Shown here: piece after piece, positions 31,755-42,018 of the stretch | Layout: every line of letters starts with the position of its first letter | Position numbering within the stretch: position 1 is the first letter of the stretch | Assembly: GCA_965238175.1 (NCBI GenBank) | Contig: CBDEGZ010000003.1 | Span: 928,001 to 992,000, forward strand | Length of the DNA: 64,000 bases | Origin: Gammaproteobacteria bacterium | Lineage (GTDB): Bacteria; Pseudomonadota; Gammaproteobacteria; CAJXQU01 | Direction of reading: 5' to 3' | Translations under genes and position numbers: made by a program | Notes under the pieces: model-generated | Databases searched by the model: none | Seen by the model: the letters and a program-made list of their open reading frames with translations, nothing else | Told to the model about the DNA's origin: nothing

Positions 31755-33215
31755 ATGTCATCATCAATTTCCGTTACTCATCCAAATTTAAGCCACGGCG
31801 CACGTAATACGCTACTACTCTACCTCGCAATTAGCGCCGTGGTCTTTTTATTAATGATGGTTTTTGGAACCACATTACGTTACGAACAAGGGCAATGGTT
31901 AGGCTTAGGCCCCGAATATTTCTATCAAATAATGACTGCGCATGGTGTCGGTATGGTGGGTATATCCGGTTTAGCAGCCAGTGCCGTAATGTGGTTTTTC
32001 CTTTCACGACATGTACAACTTAGTACAGCAATATTAGTTGCTAACCTTGGTTTCTTTCTAGTCGGTGTTGTCTTAATACTCGGCTCAATATTCATTGGTA
32101 AGTTTGCTGCAGCCTGGACTTTTTTATATCCCTTGCCAGCAATGGGACAAGGTATTTGGGGTAATCATGCAGCGGCCAGCTTTTTGCTTGGGCTATTACT
32201 CGTCGGTGTTGGCTTCTTGTTACTTTACCTTGATACAGCGCGTGCCATCATGAAGAAGTATGGCAATTTAGCAAAAGCACTTGGTTGGCCACAGATTTTT
32301 GCCAATAGTCAGGATGAAGCTCCACCACCTGCTGTCGTCGCCAGTACGATGGTCTTAATCGTCAATATTGCTGGGATTGCTGCAGGTGCTGTTGTTATTG
32401 TCTTGAGTTTGGTCAATCTTTATCTGCCGGCATTTGAACTGGATCCCCTACTTGTAAAAAATCTGATCTATTTTTTCGGGCATATATTTATTAATGCGAC
32501 GATCTATCAAGCGGTCATTGCTGTATATGAGATCTTACCGCAATATACACAACGTCCATGGAAATCTTCAAAAGTATTTTTAATGGCATGGACAGCATCA
32601 ACCTTAATGGTAATGTCAGTTTATCCACATCACTTGTTAATGGACTTTGCGATGCCAACCTGGGCATTGGTGATGGGACAAATTATTTCTTATATGAGTG
32701 GTTTTCCAGTGCTCGTTGTCACGGCTTATGGAGCTTTGACAATTATTTATCGCTCTGGTATTAAATGGGATGTAACTTCAGGTTTGTTGATGTTATCGAT
32801 GATGGGTTGGGCTTGTGGTGTTATCCCAGCAATTGTTGATGGGACCATTAGTGTCAATAACGTGATGCATAATACATTGTGGGTACCGGGACATTTTCAT
32901 ATTTACCTGTTATTAGGTGTGGTACCGATGATCTTTGGTTTTATGTATTATCTGGCGCAAAGTAATGGTGAAAAAGTGGGTCTTTTAGATACACTTGCAT
33001 ACTGGGCCTACTTACTTTCAGGAATGGGTTTTGTGACGATGTTTTTGCTAGGCGGTAAAGAAAGTGTTCCACGTCGCTGGGCAACACATATGGAAGAATG
33101 GATAGCATACGATCAGATCGCTGCCGTATTTGCAACCTTAGTTGTATTAAGTGCATTGGTTTTTGCTTACCGTTTCTTGATACGAATATCCAAGGTGAAT
33201 ATTACTGCTTCATGA
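31755..33215 (+). CDS. Heme-copper superfamily subunit I, sNOR (NorY-like) putative nitric oxide reductase
   Basis: MTAHG, FFGHIFINATIY (Asn where the cross-linked Tyr would be), YPHHL, GHFH and PRR. Confidence 0.8.
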   Translation: MSSSISVTHPNLSHGARNTLLLYLAISAVVFLLMMVFGTTLRYEQGQWLGLGPEYFYQIMTAHGVGMVGISGLAASAVMWFFLSRHVQLSTAILVANLGFFLVGVVLILGSIFIGKFAAAWTFLYPLPAMGQGIWGNHAAASFLLGLLLVGVGFLLLYLDTARAIMKKYGNLAKALGWPQIFANSQDEAPPPAVVASTMVLIVNIAGIAAGAVVIVLSLVNLYLPAFELDPLLVKNLIYFFGHIFINATIYQAVIAVYEILPQYTQRPWKSSKVFLMAWTASTLMVMSVYPHHLLMDFAMPTWALVMGQIISYMSGFPVLVVTAYGALTIIYRSGIKWDVTSGLLMLSMMGWACGVIPAIVDGTISVNNVMHNTLWVPGHFHIYLLLGVVPMIFGFMYYLAQSNGEKVGLLDTLAYWAYLLSGMGFVTMFLLGGKESVPRRWATHMEEWIAYDQIAAVFATLVVLSALVFAYRFLIRISKVNITAS

Positions 33216-33835
33216 ATCGATTGAGTTATATCAGTACTGCTTTAGTTTTTATCTTCTCTGCTACCTTCTGGTGGCAGGGAACGAGCGGCCTTCAGGCATT
33301 TACCAGTGAAACGGCCAGAAGACTTGAAGTTTTAGAATCTCCTAAAACGCTGTCCAATCTAAACTTTGAGAACCAAAATAATGAACCAATCAATTTTGTT
33401 GATTATCAGGGTAAGGTTGTTTTAGTAGATTTTATATACACCCGTTGCCCAGATATTTGTCATGCCTTGGGCTTTGCTTTCAAATCGATTAAAGAAGATC
33501 TGAAAGAACTGGGTTTGGATGATCAGGTACAAATAGCTAACATCAGTTTTGATCTGGAAAATGATATGTCAGAAGAACTCGATGCTTATATTAAACGCTA
33601 TAGCAATGACACAAGTTCATGGCATGGATTACGTCTTAAAGATCCACAAAAACTCCCTCAGCTTTTAAACGATTTTGGCATCGTTGTTATAGCAAATGAT
33701 CGTGGTGGTTTTGATCACAATGCAGCCATTCATTTATTGGATGAAAAAGGTCGCCTGATTGGTATATATGACTATCAAGCTCAGAAACAGATCGTAAAGC
33801 ATATACGTGAACAGATCGAAACCATAACTTTATGA
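33212..33835 (+). CDS. SCO/SenC family copper chaperone
   Basis: DFIYTRCPDIC and FDHNAAIHL; ATGA overlap with the upstream gene. Confidence 0.9.
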   Translation: MNRLSYISTALVFIFSATFWWQGTSGLQAFTSETARRLEVLESPKTLSNLNFENQNNEPINFVDYQGKVVLVDFIYTRCPDICHALGFAFKSIKEDLKELGLDDQVQIANISFDLENDMSEELDAYIKRYSNDTSSWHGLRLKDPQKLPQLLNDFGIVVIANDRGGFDHNAAIHLLDEKGRLIGIYDYQAQKQIVKHIREQIETITL

Positions 33836-34413
33836 TTAAGCCTGTATTGGTTTATGCATTTGGTCTTTATGCAATTAGTTATTCTCTAATAGGAGAGTGG
33901 TTAGAAGCTTCTATGATCAGGCATGTCTTGATCCAAATACCTTGTCTCATTTTACTAGGCTATTTCTATGGTCGTCAGTATTTAAAAAATAATTCCTTTT
34001 TATTATTGATCAACGAAAAGGGTCTGGCGGGTATACTCTTGTGTATTTTTATCGGTGCTTATTGGATGCTACCAAGAGCATTGGATACATCATTGACAAC
34101 GCCTTTAATGGCGTCATTCAAATATTTTTCGTTACCTGTTCTGGTTGGCATTCCATTAGCGATTAGTTGGGAAAAGATCCACCCTATCGCTCAGGCTCTA
34201 GTAAAAATTGAGTTGCTAACGATGTTATACCGATTGGGTTGGCTCTATTTGGTTTCTCCAAATCGATTATGTAATTTTTACCAACTAAACGAACAGGTTC
34301 TATTAGGAAAATCTTTTTTGATCATTGCCCTGCTTATTTCTATTTATTGTGTATGGCAGCTTTTTTCTAATGATTATCGTGAATCGGAAAAAGAACCAGA
34401 AAGCTCAGTTTAA
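33832..34413 (+). CDS. Integral membrane oxidase assembly protein (caa3-CtaG-like / norSY-linked orf)
   Basis: LEASMIRHVLIQIP, YWMLPRALD and RLCNFY; multiple TM helices. Confidence 0.7.
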   Translation: MIKPVLVYAFGLYAISYSLIGEWLEASMIRHVLIQIPCLILLGYFYGRQYLKNNSFLLLINEKGLAGILLCIFIGAYWMLPRALDTSLTTPLMASFKYFSLPVLVGIPLAISWEKIHPIAQALVKIELLTMLYRLGWLYLVSPNRLCNFYQLNEQVLLGKSFLIIALLISIYCVWQLFSNDYRESEKEPESSV

Positions 34414-34824
34414 AAATTGTTTTAATTCTCTTTTGTTTTTAATGAGATCAGCCAAAGTAAAATCATCTAAAACACTTAAGAATGCTTGCGTTGCCTGGTT
34501 GAGCGCGGACTGTAAATAACAGGCGGGTAGAAATGGACAAATGGGTTCATTACAATTGACGACATCCAAAGTCTGCTCAGTAGAACGTACAATTTCACCG
34601 ATACTAATTGTCTCTGGTTCATAGGCGAGTTCAAGTCCCCCGCCACGCCCGCGTTTAGAATAGATATAGCCAAGTTTAACCAAATAATTTACAACTTTAA
34701 TCAAATGGTTTCGGGAAATATTAAACGACTCGGCAATATCAGAAATATGACCAAGCTTATCCGGATTTAATGCCAGGTACATAAGCACTCGCAAAGAATA
34801 GTCCGTATATCGTGTTAGTTGCAT
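34405..34824 (-). CDS. Rrf2 family regulator, NsrR-like
   Basis: MQLTRYTDYSLRVLMYL, SRNHLIKVV, RGRGGG and three Cys (C-x4-C-x5-C). Confidence 0.88.
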   Translation of the reverse strand: MQLTRYTDYSLRVLMYLALNPDKLGHISDIAESFNISRNHLIKVVNYLVKLGYIYSKRGRGGGLELAYEPETISIGEIVRSTEQTLDVVNCNEPICPFLPACYLQSALNQATQAFLSVLDDFTLADLIKNKRELKQFLN

Positions 34825-35129
34825 TGATAAATATCCTTAATAACAAGAAAATAAGTCATGAACACATTTTCCACCTAATTATTGTAAATAAAATATAACA
34901 ATATCATATGGAATGAAAAAGAGGGTAGATAGTAACTGAATGTTTACATTGTCTTAACACCTAATTGCGGAAACCAACTTAAACGGAGAAGTGACAAATG
35001 AATAATATGCATTCAGGCAACCACATATTTTGATATGTTGACTGTGGATATAAGTGAATAGATAATATCGAAAAAAGGAATTTCGTAACAGTTTTGTTTA
35101 TTTAATAGGGGTTTCTTACCCAAAATCTG

Positions 35130-35495
35130 GTATTTATAATGAGGAAAAAAATACTAGAATTTCCACTTGGGAAAAAGGGATCAGTTTTACTGAAACAATC
35201 ACAGAATATATTCCGCAAAAACGTATGACGTAGACATATGACTTCAAGCCGAGTGATATTCTACATAATGCACTAGACGAACATCTTGAAATCGGAGGAA
35301 AATATTTCGACGTGATAGATACAACGTATGTAACCAAACAATTAGCAAACAAAATAAGACCAAGCTTACGTTATTGATAATACAGGATCTCAACTAACTT
35401 AAATTGGTACTCGAACCCGTGGGCACAGTTTCTAATTTCAAACTTTCAAAGTCAGATTTTGTATGTCTATAAAATCGCTCAGAAACCAGTTAATG
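35130..35495 (+). pseudogene. Degraded C-terminal part of an SRPBCC-like gene
   Basis: Manual translation ...TWEKGISFTETITEY...ALDEHLEIGGKYFDVIDTTY...YRISTNLNWY... with internal stops. Confidence 0.45.
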
Positions 35496-35504
35496 TGGCA
35501 ACTT

Positions 35505-35552
35505 TGCGGCTGGGCGCAAAAAAGACGTGCGCCCATTCTTGTAGGCATTATT
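35505..35552 (+). other. Degenerate attC-like site (3' half)
   Basis: GGGCGCA-AAAAAGACG-TGCGCCC hairpin ending in GGCATTAT, a GTTRRRY variant. Confidence 0.45.
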
Positions 35553-35568
35553 AAGGCAAGGAGTAAGT

Positions 35569-36246
35569 CTGATTAAACTTTTACTTATACCTGGAATGGA
35601 TGGTACAGGAGAATTGTTTAACCCTTTATTGGATGAGTTACCTGAGCACATTAACACTCATGTGATCTGTTTGAACTCTTTAACGGCTAATGAGCCAAAA
35701 GTCCAAGCAATCGAAATTGCATCAACTCTTGGTGATGAAGAAGTTATAATTTTATCTGAATCATATTCAAGCTATATCGCTTATCAGTTATGTTTACTAT
35801 CTCATTTGAATATTAAACACGTAATATTTTCAGCTGGTTTCTTAAGTAATCCATCTAAACTTAGTTATTTAAGAAATGTTCTACCGTTAAATATTATTCG
35901 TTCAGGTTTTATTCCTGGCCATATTCTTAGTTTATTTTTGTTTGCTCAGCGTAATAACGACAAATTGGTAAAGTTGTTTAATTCATCTTTACAGTCAGTC
36001 ACTAATTTCACTTTAAAGCAAAGGCTTGAATATATTGCGAACTTAACTACTCCAGCACAAGAGTTAACTATTCCAGCGACTTACGTACAAGCAAGTAATG
36101 ATTATCTTGTTAGTAAAAAATCGGTGGATGTCTTTACTAAAATATGTATAAATATTAATGTGGTTAAAGCAGAAGGTGGTCATTTTGTGGTTCAGAGTAA
36201 CCCGCAATTTTTTGTAAAATTAATACAAAATGTAATGGCTTTATAA
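35569..36246 (+). CDS. Alpha/beta hydrolase fold protein (cassette-like)
   Basis: LLLIPGMDGTG, ILSESYSS and GGHFVVQ; the reading frame extends upstream of the tracked ATG to a CTG after AAGGAG. Confidence 0.75.
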   Translation: MIKLLLIPGMDGTGELFNPLLDELPEHINTHVICLNSLTANEPKVQAIEIASTLGDEEVIILSESYSSYIAYQLCLLSHLNIKHVIFSAGFLSNPSKLSYLRNVLPLNIIRSGFIPGHILSLFLFAQRNNDKLVKLFNSSLQSVTNFTLKQRLEYIANLTTPAQELTIPATYVQASNDYLVSKKSVDVFTKICININVVKAEGGHFVVQSNPQFFVKLIQNVMAL

Positions 36247-36285
36247 AAAGCACCATAGAGGTGCGTTATATTTTCCAATAAGATA

Positions 36286-36918
36286 ATGACAAGATTCATA
36301 TTAATTGCTTTGATACTATTTTCTCAAAACGTTAGGAGTGAGAGTTTTGAGGATGATATTGTGCTTGCTGCAGTAGGCCGGACGAAGCATGAAGTTCGCT
36401 ACGATGGCGCATACTTTTCGATTCCATATCCAAATGGCGATGTGCCAGCGGACATTGGTGTTTGCACTGATGTCGTCATTAGGTCATATCGTGCACTCGG
36501 TACAGATCTTCAAGTCTTGGTACACGAAGATATGGCCAATAATTTTAGCCTTTATCCATCAAAACGAATTTGGGGACATAAATCTACGGATAGAAATATA
36601 GATCATCGTCGCGTGCTCAACCTGCAAGTGTTCTTCTCTAGGCACGGGGGATCACTTCCTATTACCGATAAAAAACAAGATTATGCGCCAGGCGATATCG
36701 TCACATGGCTATTACCAGGAAATTTGCCTCATATAGGCATTGTTACCAACCGGGTATCACTCCGTACAGGAAATCCACTTATTGCTCACAATATTGGCTC
36801 AGGGCCAAATCTTGATGATATGCTCTTCGCATACAAAATAACGGGGCATTATCGCTACATACCAAAAAAGTATAACAATTTAAGCAAGCTGGAGGCGCTA
36901 CAGCGCACACCTTCTTAA
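36286..36918 (+). CDS. DUF1287 (YijF-like) exported protein
   Basis: YPNGDVP, GVCTDVVIRSYR, DRNIDHRRV, PHIGIV and HNIGSG motifs. Confidence 0.9.
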   Translation: MTRFILIALILFSQNVRSESFEDDIVLAAVGRTKHEVRYDGAYFSIPYPNGDVPADIGVCTDVVIRSYRALGTDLQVLVHEDMANNFSLYPSKRIWGHKSTDRNIDHRRVLNLQVFFSRHGGSLPITDKKQDYAPGDIVTWLLPGNLPHIGIVTNRVSLRTGNPLIAHNIGSGPNLDDMLFAYKITGHYRYIPKKYNNLSKLEALQRTPS

Positions 36919-36928
36919 AGTGATGCGT
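36870..36928 (+). other. attC-like site, degenerate at the 3' core
   Basis: GTATAAC inverse core and TTTAAG/CTTAAA boxes; the cassette starts with GTTATAT at 36265. Confidence 0.55.
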
Positions 36929-37345
36929 ATGTCTAAAGAATGCCCGGAGCACTTATGGAGACATCCAACTGCAGCAGCAATTGATAGCCTGGCCACAAGA
37001 TTTAATTTGCCAAATCACGAAGGAATGCAGGATTGGGAACATGAGGTTGCCGATCCAAATAGAGTTGTTGAGTTCATAGACGCATATAAAAATGGTGAGC
37101 TATCCGAAGACGAACGATTTACAATTATGGAAACCATAATTCAATCATTTGAGGAGCAGGAGCGATCCTTAGACGATAGCAAGGAGTGGAAGGAGGTGTT
37201 GAATTTGATCGAATCAAATGTTGATCTACATATTTACACTATTTGGTATTGGTCCCTTGTGGAAGAGGAATCCGAAAACAATTGGTGGAATGTTACTAAA
37301 TTCATACGACAAATTTTTGAAGGAAACTGTGACAAATACACATAA
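36929..37345 (+). CDS. Hypothetical protein (cassette-like)
   Basis: Acidic ORF with MQDWEHEVADP motif between attC-like sites. Confidence 0.7.
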   Translation: MSKECPEHLWRHPTAAAIDSLATRFNLPNHEGMQDWEHEVADPNRVVEFIDAYKNGELSEDERFTIMETIIQSFEEQERSLDDSKEWKEVLNLIESNVDLHIYTIWYWSLVEEESENNWWNVTKFIRQIFEGNCDKYT

Positions 37346-37393
37346 AAAGCGCACTTTGTCGTGATGCGAGGCGTTGCACGGTAGGTCGGAAAT

Positions 37394-37819
37394 TTGAATG
37401 TGAGTAATAAATTGGCAAGGCGAGTTTGGTACATAATATTTTTGGTAGTTGGTATTGCTATTGGTAGTTCAGGCGGCTGGTTTCTGTCTTTTCTCCATAA
37501 TAAAAATGCTGTTCTCCAGCCTATAGAATTGGGAACTGTTTTAAAATTTTCAAATATACGAATAAGTGAAAGTAAATTTTCATGTGAAGGTCATTTAGCG
37601 AAAACAGTTGGTGGTGTAGTCGCTTCAATATATGAATCAAATTCGAGAAATACCAGAAATATGGTTTTATATAAGTGCAATGCATCAATATGTTCATTAT
37701 CAGTTACAAGTTGTAAACCCTGGCAGTCGTCAGAGTGTGGCTCGCGTACATTGCGTTTCAATATTACAGAGCAACAGAAAATAGATGAAAATTCATTTGC
37801 GTGTATTGATGTACCGTAA
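37394..37819 (+). CDS. Hypothetical Cys-rich membrane-anchored protein
   Basis: N-terminal TM helix and six Cys. Confidence 0.65.
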   Translation: MNVSNKLARRVWYIIFLVVGIAIGSSGGWFLSFLHNKNAVLQPIELGTVLKFSNIRISESKFSCEGHLAKTVGGVVASIYESNSRNTRNMVLYKCNASICSLSVTSCKPWQSSECGSRTLRFNITEQQKIDENSFACIDVP

Positions 37820-37879
37820 TCGTTTCACAGATAGTCAATTGACGCACCCTAGTCGCTAGTCCAGGCAGCAGTAAAAAAG

Positions 37880-38235
37880 TATTAGAAACTGACTATATTG
37901 TGGTCTGGAAGGAGGGTAGCAATCAAAGAAACTTCGGTGTTTACCTCTTCAAGGGCGATGGTACTTTCGGAGGCCTTATCAATACGACGACTGCCGGGTT
38001 TGCTCCGGATATTAGCGGGTGTGATAGAGGGCAATGTGCGGATGTCAACGGTGATGGCTTAGCCGATTATACCGTTTCCTTGGATCATAACGGTAAAAGG
38101 GCTTTGGTCGTGCATCTTTCTAAGGGCGATGGCACGTTCAAGGAACGTGTTTATACAGAAAGCAATGGGAATTTCTTACTGGATAGTTTGGGTCGTGACA
38201 GAGGCATGTTTATCAATGCCAATGAGAAAGGGAGA
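37880..38235 (+). pseudogene. Internal fragment of an FG-GAP/VCBS repeat protein
   Basis: GDGTF twice and ADVNGDGLADY; cut off at a GGGGCAGG end motif. Confidence 0.65.
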
Positions 38236-38250
38236 GGGGCAGGTCTTACA

Positions 38251-39476
38251 TGTAGAAGTTTAGACCCAATCTGACACATCACTAAATCAAGCGGAGCGTA
38301 GCGACGCTTGATTTAGTGAGAGTTACCCGCTTTGATGTAACTGCAACGTAAACATCAAAACACAAAGAGGTAACTCTCATGATTCATACTAATGACAAAG
38401 TTATAAAACATAAAGTTGGTCTACTCAATCTCGCTGAAGAACTCGGCAATGTCTCAAAAGCCTGCAAGATGATGGGTTTGTCCAGAGATACATTTTATCG
38501 CTACAAAGAAGCGGCTGATGAAGGCGGTGTAGAAGCCTTGTTTGATCGTAATCGGCGTACCCCAAATCTTAAAAACAGAATCGACCCGGCTATTGAAACC
38601 GTTGTGCTCGAGTATGCACTGGAAGAGCCCGCACATGGTCAAACGCGCACCAGTAACGAGCTGCGCAAACGGGGAACATTTGTCTCACCCAGTGGCGTTC
38701 GTTGTATCTGGCTTCGTCATGGTCTTGCTTGCTTTAAAGATCGCCTGAAGGCATTGTCTGATAAGGTAGCTGGTGAAGGCTTGATCCTCACTGAGTCTCA
38801 AGTCGCGGCGATGGAACGCAAAAAAGACGACGATGAGGCTTGTGGCGAGATAGAGACGGCACACCCTGGTTATCTTGGCTCGCAAGATACTTACTATGTC
38901 GGTACTTTCAAAGGCATTGGTCGGGTTTATCAACAAACGTTTGTTGATACTTACAGCAAGGTCGCTCACGCGAAACTGTACCCGACTAAAACACCGATTA
39001 CGGCAGCTGACATGCTCAATGACCGCGTCCTCCCATTCTACGAAGAACAACGTTTGCCTATGTTGCGCATTTTGACAGATAGAGGGACGGAGTATTGTGG
39101 GCGAGCTGACCAGCATGATTATCAGCTTTATATGGCGTTGAACAATATCGAACACACCAAAACCAAGGTCAAATCACCTCAGACGAATGGTATTTGTGAG
39201 CGATTCCATAAGACGATCCTCAATGAGTTTTATCAAGTCGCTTTGCGTAAGAAAATTTACCAATCGATTGATGAACTGCAACTCGACCTTGACGAATGGT
39301 TGCTCAAATACAATACTCAACGAACTCACCAAGGCAAAATGTGCTGCGGGAGGACGCCGATGGAAACACTCATCGACGGACAAGCTATCTGGAAGGAAAA
39401 GTTTGTGAATTAAACTTAACCTGACAGTCGGTTACTGATAATTGGGTAACTGTCAGATCAAATCTGAATTTCTACA
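38251..39476 (+). mobile_element. IS481 family IS, copy 2 (transposase 38379-39413)
   Basis: Same sequence as copy 1; flanked by a TCTTAC(A) duplication inside a RAYT end motif. Confidence 0.95.
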
Positions 39477-39502
39477 TCTTACATTTGACATAATGCCGAT
39501 TT

Positions 39503-39780
39503 TTATCCATTTGCCATTTCAAAAGTCTTCACGGCACGACTCACCGTTGCATAGCTTTTGGAATAGGCCACGCCTACTTCCTTTAGCGTATAATGCCCAC
39601 TCAAGTAGGCTCGTGCCATTCCCTCTTTATCTGGGTATTGGGCCAAATAGTAAGTCAGCGGTTGGGATGGGGCTAGCTTTTGTGATCTGGGGATATCTAC
39701 CAGAGATTGTTCTTCTTTATAAGTTTGCACTGGGTATTTTCAACAAACTCATCGGAGTCCAGAAACACTTGACTCTTTAA
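39503..39780 (-). pseudogene. 3' fragment of a RAYT gene
   Basis: Translation nearly identical to the C-terminus of 43169-44014 (PSQPLTYYLA.YPDKEGMARAYLSGHYTLKEVG). Confidence 0.9.
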
Positions 39781-39826
39781 TATGTCAAATGTAAGGCCTG
39801 ACCCTGAGGGATCCTCTGAGGGATCC
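39781..39826 (-). repeat. RAYT end motif plus tandem TGAGGGATCC
   Basis: TATGTCAAATGTAAGGCCTGACCC-TGAGGGATCC-TC-TGAGGGATCC. Confidence 0.8.
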
Positions 39827-39920
39827 TTTTTGACGTGAGGAATTGCACTTATCGTATGAATTCGCGCTATTGTCGCCTATTTAATGTACCCGTTAAATGT
39901 AGCAGTTTCAGCTTTTGTTT

Positions 39921-40406
39921 CTAATCCCGACCCCACCACTTTTTCCAGTTCAAGTCTTTGAAGCACGTCTTTCCTTCATCTCTATCAAAAAAGAATTTAG
40001 GGATCTCTTTATTCGTCCGTTTGAAATCACCTTTTGAGTATATCGCATGACCATATCCGCAATCGTCGGCTTGATCATTAGTCCGAATGTAAAGTGAGTC
40101 ATTAGTAAACCTAAAATTCATACTACAGTTGATATTCTCATTTTCCTTAATCATGGTGAAGTTTGCTTTCCCTAAACTTTCAATATTCATTTGCCCAACA
40201 ATTGCACCACTATTATAGGAAGGAGCACCACGGTTCAATTCTAAGTAAAAAAGGAGTGTACTATCAGAATTCGGATATACATAGATTACACCTGTCCGTC
40301 CGTTTTCTGGAGTTGTTCCATAGGAGTATGTTCCACCATATCCTAGGTCCTGTCCGTAGGCAGTTTTAATCATTAAAAAGAGTAGTACGAGTATTTTGCT
40401 TTTCAT
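39921..40406 (-). CDS. Hypothetical exported protein, Bacteroidota-like style
   Basis: Signal peptide MKSKILVLLFLMIKTAYGQ; LFYLELNRGAPSYNSG and DCGYGH. Confidence 0.7.
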   Translation of the reverse strand: MKSKILVLLFLMIKTAYGQDLGYGGTYSYGTTPENGRTGVIYVYPNSDSTLLFYLELNRGAPSYNSGAIVGQMNIESLGKANFTMIKENENINCSMNFRFTNDSLYIRTNDQADDCGYGHAIYSKGDFKRTNKEIPKFFFDRDEGKTCFKDLNWKKWWGRD

Positions 40407-40539
40407 TTTTTCATTAAGCACAACGTTGTCGTATAAGAAGAGTAAGGGATTAAAACCTATTTGTTTTTCGGTTTAGTACTTAGCTTAATCTAAATTTAAG
40501 TGGGTTTTAAGCACGAATTCTTTGCTTTAGCTATCTTAG

Positions 40540-41274
40540 ATGGCCTCTTATTAAAAACGAGTTTACTGGTATCCTCTGCTAATGTATTTCAACCTGCTTT
40601 TTTCTTTTGTTACCGTTTCTTTTCCATCACAATTATTATCCATATTTACAAAATCTTCTCTCTCCGTTATTGTATTTTTAGCTAGCAGGTCAAAAAAACC
40701 ATTAGTTTCATTATTGGTCATAACTAAAACCTTGTTTTGTAAACTTCCCTGCACAGATTGTATTTCATTCACCATTAAACTGTTTAATTGTATAATTTTT
40801 CAGGATATTCTCTAAAGCATGTGATGCCACTACAAAAAGAAAAATTGTTGCATAGTGGTACGGGTCTGGCCTCGAACTATTGATAGTATATTCGAATTCC
40901 AAATGATCTCTTGTTTTTGGTTATCGTATACGGTGCTGTATCGATTTTTATGTGTTCCATTCTAAGCGTATCAGAAACTCATTCATGGGTGTCTGCGCTT
41001 TCAAAGTATTTGTGCTTTATTTTTCCGGTTTTAGTGTCCGTGATTAAAATTTAGCTATTCAGTGTAAAATAATCCTCCTCTTCCTCTGCAACTTCTAGAA
41101 TCACAATGATGGTTTCTTCAAGATGATCAGGATGTACTTTAGACGCGATTAAATCTGTTTTTATGTTCTCCTTATCTAAGTTTAATTCCCTTAGAAGAGA
41201 ATGAATGTGATTGGGTTTTGAACATAACAATTCAATCCAATGAGCAATGTTATTATGAATATAAATTTTTTCAT
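40540..41274 (-). pseudogene. Degraded exported-protein gene (PA3715-like by recollection)
   Basis: MKKFIFIITLL... continuing to IKIDTAPY...FGIRI...SSRPDPY with several stops and frameshifts. Confidence 0.5.
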
Positions 41275-41292
41275 CTTGTTTTATACAACGTT

Positions 41293-42018
41293 TTATTGAG
41301 TTAATCCACTTTCAAAAGCACCTAACACAAATTTTGTATCATTTAAAAAATTCTCTTTAAATAGTTGTGTTGGCACAAGCCATAGTCCTAACTGCAAATG
41401 TTTACGGGTGGAAGAGTTTGATAGTGGTTGCGAGCCAACAAAACGAACTCCAATTTTTCCATCCTTCATTTTTGTATCAATTATGGTAAAACTATAAGCG
41501 TTAAGTTCTATAAAATTATTAAGACCATTCAGCAATCCAAGTATTTCATCAAACGATTTGATTGAACCCATCTTAACTTTAGTAGATGAAATATTAAGTT
41601 GGCTAGACAGCCAACTATCATTTTTGAATGCGTTCAATATTGATTCTTCGGTAAATAAATCGGTAAGATTAACTTTTTCTAGTGTTTGTAAATCTATGGT
41701 TTCGACTGTTATTGTGTTTCCATAATATCCACATCCTGTTTCTGAACCAAAGAAATATTCATAACTAAAATAAGCGCCAACCAATGACAATGGGTTTCGG
41801 TCTATGTTTACCAGAACTGGACATCCTTCAGTTTCGTTGGATTTCCTATAGGCAATTTCCTCTTTTTTAGAATCATAAATCTCAATATCTCTGTAGAATG
41901 CTCTTGTGTTATAAATTACGAAGCCATCGTTATCCTTTGGATAGATCGCTGCATCTTTTTGAGCAAATACCGAATTGATCGGCAATAGAAGTAGAAAGAT
42001 TTTAAGGATTGTTTTCAT
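41293..42018 (-). CDS. Hypothetical exported protein
   Basis: Signal peptide MKTILKIFLLLLPINSVFAQ; the Gln at +1 is typical of Bacteroidota signal peptides. Confidence 0.7.
   Translation of the reverse strand: MKTILKIFLLLLPINSVFAQKDAAIYPKDNDGFVIYNTRAFYRDIEIYDSKKEEIAYRKSNETEGCPVLVNIDRNPLSLVGAYFSYEYFFGSETGCGYYGNTITVETIDLQTLEKVNLTDLFTEESILNAFKNDSWLSSQLNISSTKVKMGSIKSFDEILGLLNGLNNFIELNAYSFTIIDTKMKDGKIGVRFVGSQPLSNSSTRKHLQLGLWLVPTQLFKENFLNDTKFVLGAFESGLTQ

Noticed and set aside
31755-33215. cbb3- or ba3-type oxygen reductase
   Set aside because: No HPxVY tyrosine, and the partner is a CuA subunit rather than CcoO/CcoP.
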